A DNA stretch of 64,000 nucleotides from Escherichia phage vB_EcoM_WFL6982. A program made the position numbers and the translations under genes. The stretch's first letter is position 1. Each line of letters starts with the position of its first letter. Location of the stretch: the sequence record MK373774.1. One strand, given 5' to 3'. This document shows positions 62,198 through 64,000 of the stretch, piece after piece. Below the pieces are notes generated by a model. That model saw only the letters and a list, made by a program, of their open reading frames with translations, ran no database searches and was not told where the DNA came from.

Positions 62198-62230
62198 ACT
62201 ACTATATCATAGTCCTACTTAGTTGTAAAC
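62198..62230 (-). promoter_or_regulatory. early promoter with inverted repeat taggacta / tagtccta
   Basis: gtaaac at 62225-62230. Confidence 0.45.
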
Positions 62231-62242
62231 ACTTTTATGAAA

Positions 62243-62800
62243 TTAAAGATGAAGATACCACCCGTTGTAGTTGCTCTTGCGGACGATTTTCTTTAGGTCT
62301 TCATGGTCTCCCACGAACTTTATAGAATAAGAGAAGACGTCAGGTGAGGTTTCTTTGACATTCAATATAATAATACAGTCAGCGACTCGATGATTAAGGA
62401 AGGGCCCTATGTTGATTCCGTTGCCACCCGGATAATCACCACCGTATCCTGTGGTAACCGAAATCCATTTCGAATCCATCTGATGGGTCTTTACTTCTAC
62501 GCGTAGACCACAGTACTTAGGATGAGCTAACACGTCCCATGCATACGTGTACGGGTCTTCTACATCTTCAATACCTTTATTAACATATCCATCTAGCCAA
62601 TTTGCTACTACATACTCTGCAAAGACTGCAACCTTACAACGTCGAACAACGTCTTCTTTTATTTGACCTGGATCTTGTTTCAACGAGTACCGAGCAGTAT
62701 CAGCAATCTTAACCTTCATTTCGCTAGTCAAAAACTCATTCGACAGGATAAATGTCGGAAGACTCTTCAGCCTCAACAGCCCCAAGTTCGTCTTTACCAT
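62243..62800 (-). CDS. denB: endonuclease IV-like (DenB) protein
   Basis: Start at internal ATG 62800 gives 185 aa (T4 DenB 185); position next to rIIB. Confidence 0.55.
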   Translation of the reverse strand: MVKTNLGLLRLKSLPTFILSNEFLTSEMKVKIADTARYSLKQDPGQIKEDVVRRCKVAVFAEYVVANWLDGYVNKGIEDVEDPYTYAWDVLAHPKYCGLRVEVKTHQMDSKWISVTTGYGGDYPGGNGINIGPFLNHRVADCIIILNVKETSPDVFSYSIKFVGDHEDLKKIVRKSNYNGWYLHL

Positions 62801-63023
62801 AGATACCTCTGATGTGTAGTTCGCCAAAATAAATGCGGTCACCTTCTTCAAGATATTCTGCATCTACCGGTGGGATTTCAATAACAACTTCGTCGCATTC
62901 TAACCAGCCGTAGTGTGCATCACCAGGATGTTTTACCAATTTAGCGCAATAAACTGATTTACACTTATGATGACCACGAAGATTAGCAATTTTGGATTCT
63001 GATACGTCAAATGGATGAATCAT
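62736..63023 (-). CDS. hypothetical protein
   Basis: 95-aa ORF overlapping the denB 5' end in another frame. Confidence 0.4.
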   Translation of the reverse strand: MIHPFDVSESKIANLRGHHKCKSVYCAKLVKHPGDAHYGWLECDEVVIEIPPVDAEYLEEGDRIYFGELHIRGIYGKDELGAVEAEESSDIYPVE

Positions 63024-63043
63024 AATTACCCCTAAAGAAAAAA

Positions 63044-63059
63044 GGGGACCGAAGTCCCC
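63044..63059 (-). terminator. hairpin GGGGAC-UUCG-GUCCCC plus U-run downstream of rIIB
   Basis: Stem-loop followed by TTTTTT on the minus strand. Confidence 0.65.
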
Positions 63060-63064
63060 AATTA

Positions 63065-63991
63065 TTATTCTGCAAATAATTCAGTAACGTCTGAAATTAC
63101 TTCGTAACGACAAGTACGCATCTTAGCATCGCCATAGTCAACTGGGATAGATACAACATCACGTGGATGAACTTTAACTTTCACAACTTTATCTGAGCTT
63201 GAACCAAAGTGGCGAATATAAGATTTAGCACAAACGTGGAGACCGCGAGAACAGGTTTGAGTATCATCGTCGTTAACTCGAGTACGAGGCATTGAAACAA
63301 CTTTACCTGGGGAGTTATCAAATGTACCACTATAGCAGTCTAAATAGTCCTTACGAACTACTTTCCACGCATAGAAATGACCATCTTCAGTGATTTCAAT
63401 ATCGTTTGCAACCAAGAAGTCGAATAAACGTTGTACAGCTTTTTCGCTTGGGTTTTCTAACAGGTTTTCAAGGAATGGCAGATAGAATTTAAAGTCTTCA
63501 CCTTTTTCCATAGAATCAATAATACGATTAACCAGGCCAGAACGAATCTCTATACCTTGATAAAATAAACTACCACCTTCAATAACAACATTACCGTCAA
63601 CAAACTTACTAATAGCTTTCTTGATGTTAATAAGTTCGACAGCTTTACTAAGGTTTCCTGCGACCAGATTAGCTTTAATTTCTTCAAAATTTGCATGACT
63701 TGATGGAGTCGCATTGTATGCTACGCGTCCTTCAATAATTGAAATAAATTTAGATGACGCATTCCATACGATTTCAGGACGATGGCCGCCGATAATAGGT
63801 TCATCATTTTCTGGAACTTCTTCAACTTTCGAAGTCTCATCTTCGGCTTTAAAATTCTTAACAATCTTACGAAGAGTATCTGTTGAAATGTAGAAGTAAT
63901 CAGCAATTTCCCGACGGGTCCATTGACCTGATTCAACCAGTCTGTAAGCTTCTAACTGTTCTTCTTTGGACAAGCATTTGATATTGTACAT
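63065..63991 (-). CDS. rIIB: rIIB protein
   Basis: 308 aa (T4 312); extensive recalled identity in the C-terminal two thirds. Confidence 0.92.
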   Translation of the reverse strand: MYNIKCLSKEEQLEAYRLVESGQWTRREIADYFYISTDTLRKIVKNFKAEDETSKVEEVPENDEPIIGGHRPEIVWNASSKFISIIEGRVAYNATPSSHANFEEIKANLVAGNLSKAVELINIKKAISKFVDGNVVIEGGSLFYQGIEIRSGLVNRIIDSMEKGEDFKFYLPFLENLLENPSEKAVQRLFDFLVANDIEITEDGHFYAWKVVRKDYLDCYSGTFDNSPGKVVSMPRTRVNDDDTQTCSRGLHVCAKSYIRHFGSSSDKVVKVKVHPRDVVSIPVDYGDAKMRTCRYEVISDVTELFAE

Positions 63992-64000
63992 AATGTTTCC

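Overview
This window is a contiguous stretch of a T4-like (T-even, Tequatrovirus-type) myovirus genome, running in T4 map order from the end of the prohead-core genes through gene 21 to rIIB. All calls are from reading the sequence and recalling T4 protein families; no database search was run. Plus-strand late structural blocks: 21-22-23-24 (prohead protease, scaffold, major capsid, vertex), uvsW, baseplate hub and tube genes 51-27-28-29-48-54, and long tail fibre genes 34-35-36-37 followed by a T2-type gp38 adhesin and holin t. Minus-strand early/middle blocks: rnlB, hoc, inh, uvsY, 25, 26, alt, DNA ligase 30 and a 30.x cluster, rIII, 31, cd, pseT, alc, rnlA, denA, nrdB (split by a group I intron carrying an intact I-TevIII), nrdA, td (no intron), frd, 32, 59, 33, dsbA, rnh, asiA, arn, motA, 52, ndd, denB, rIIB. 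Regulatory punctuation is T4-like: TATAAATA late promoters, GTTTAC-N17/18-TAnnAT early promoters on the minus strand, and a recurring family of GC-rich UUCG/CGAA tetraloop hairpins. Departures from the T4 reference as I recall it, and the best candidates for something new: (1) an AroG-type DAHP synthase inserted between cd and pseT; (2) a 295-nt structured non-coding region plus an unlisted 59-aa very basic protein gene between rIII and the 30.x cluster; (3) an 82-codon frame with a single in-frame UGA next to frd; (4) a free-standing HNH homing endonuclease between td and nrdA; (5) a NADAR/YbiA-like gene and a HAD-like gene near the Alt ADP-ribosyltransferase; (6) a one-Ig-domain Hoc; (7) an antisense early-promoter-driven small gene between 23 and 24. 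No tRNA, rRNA, CRISPR array or integrase was seen. Many short ORFs in the track lying antisense inside well-supported genes are treated as spurious.
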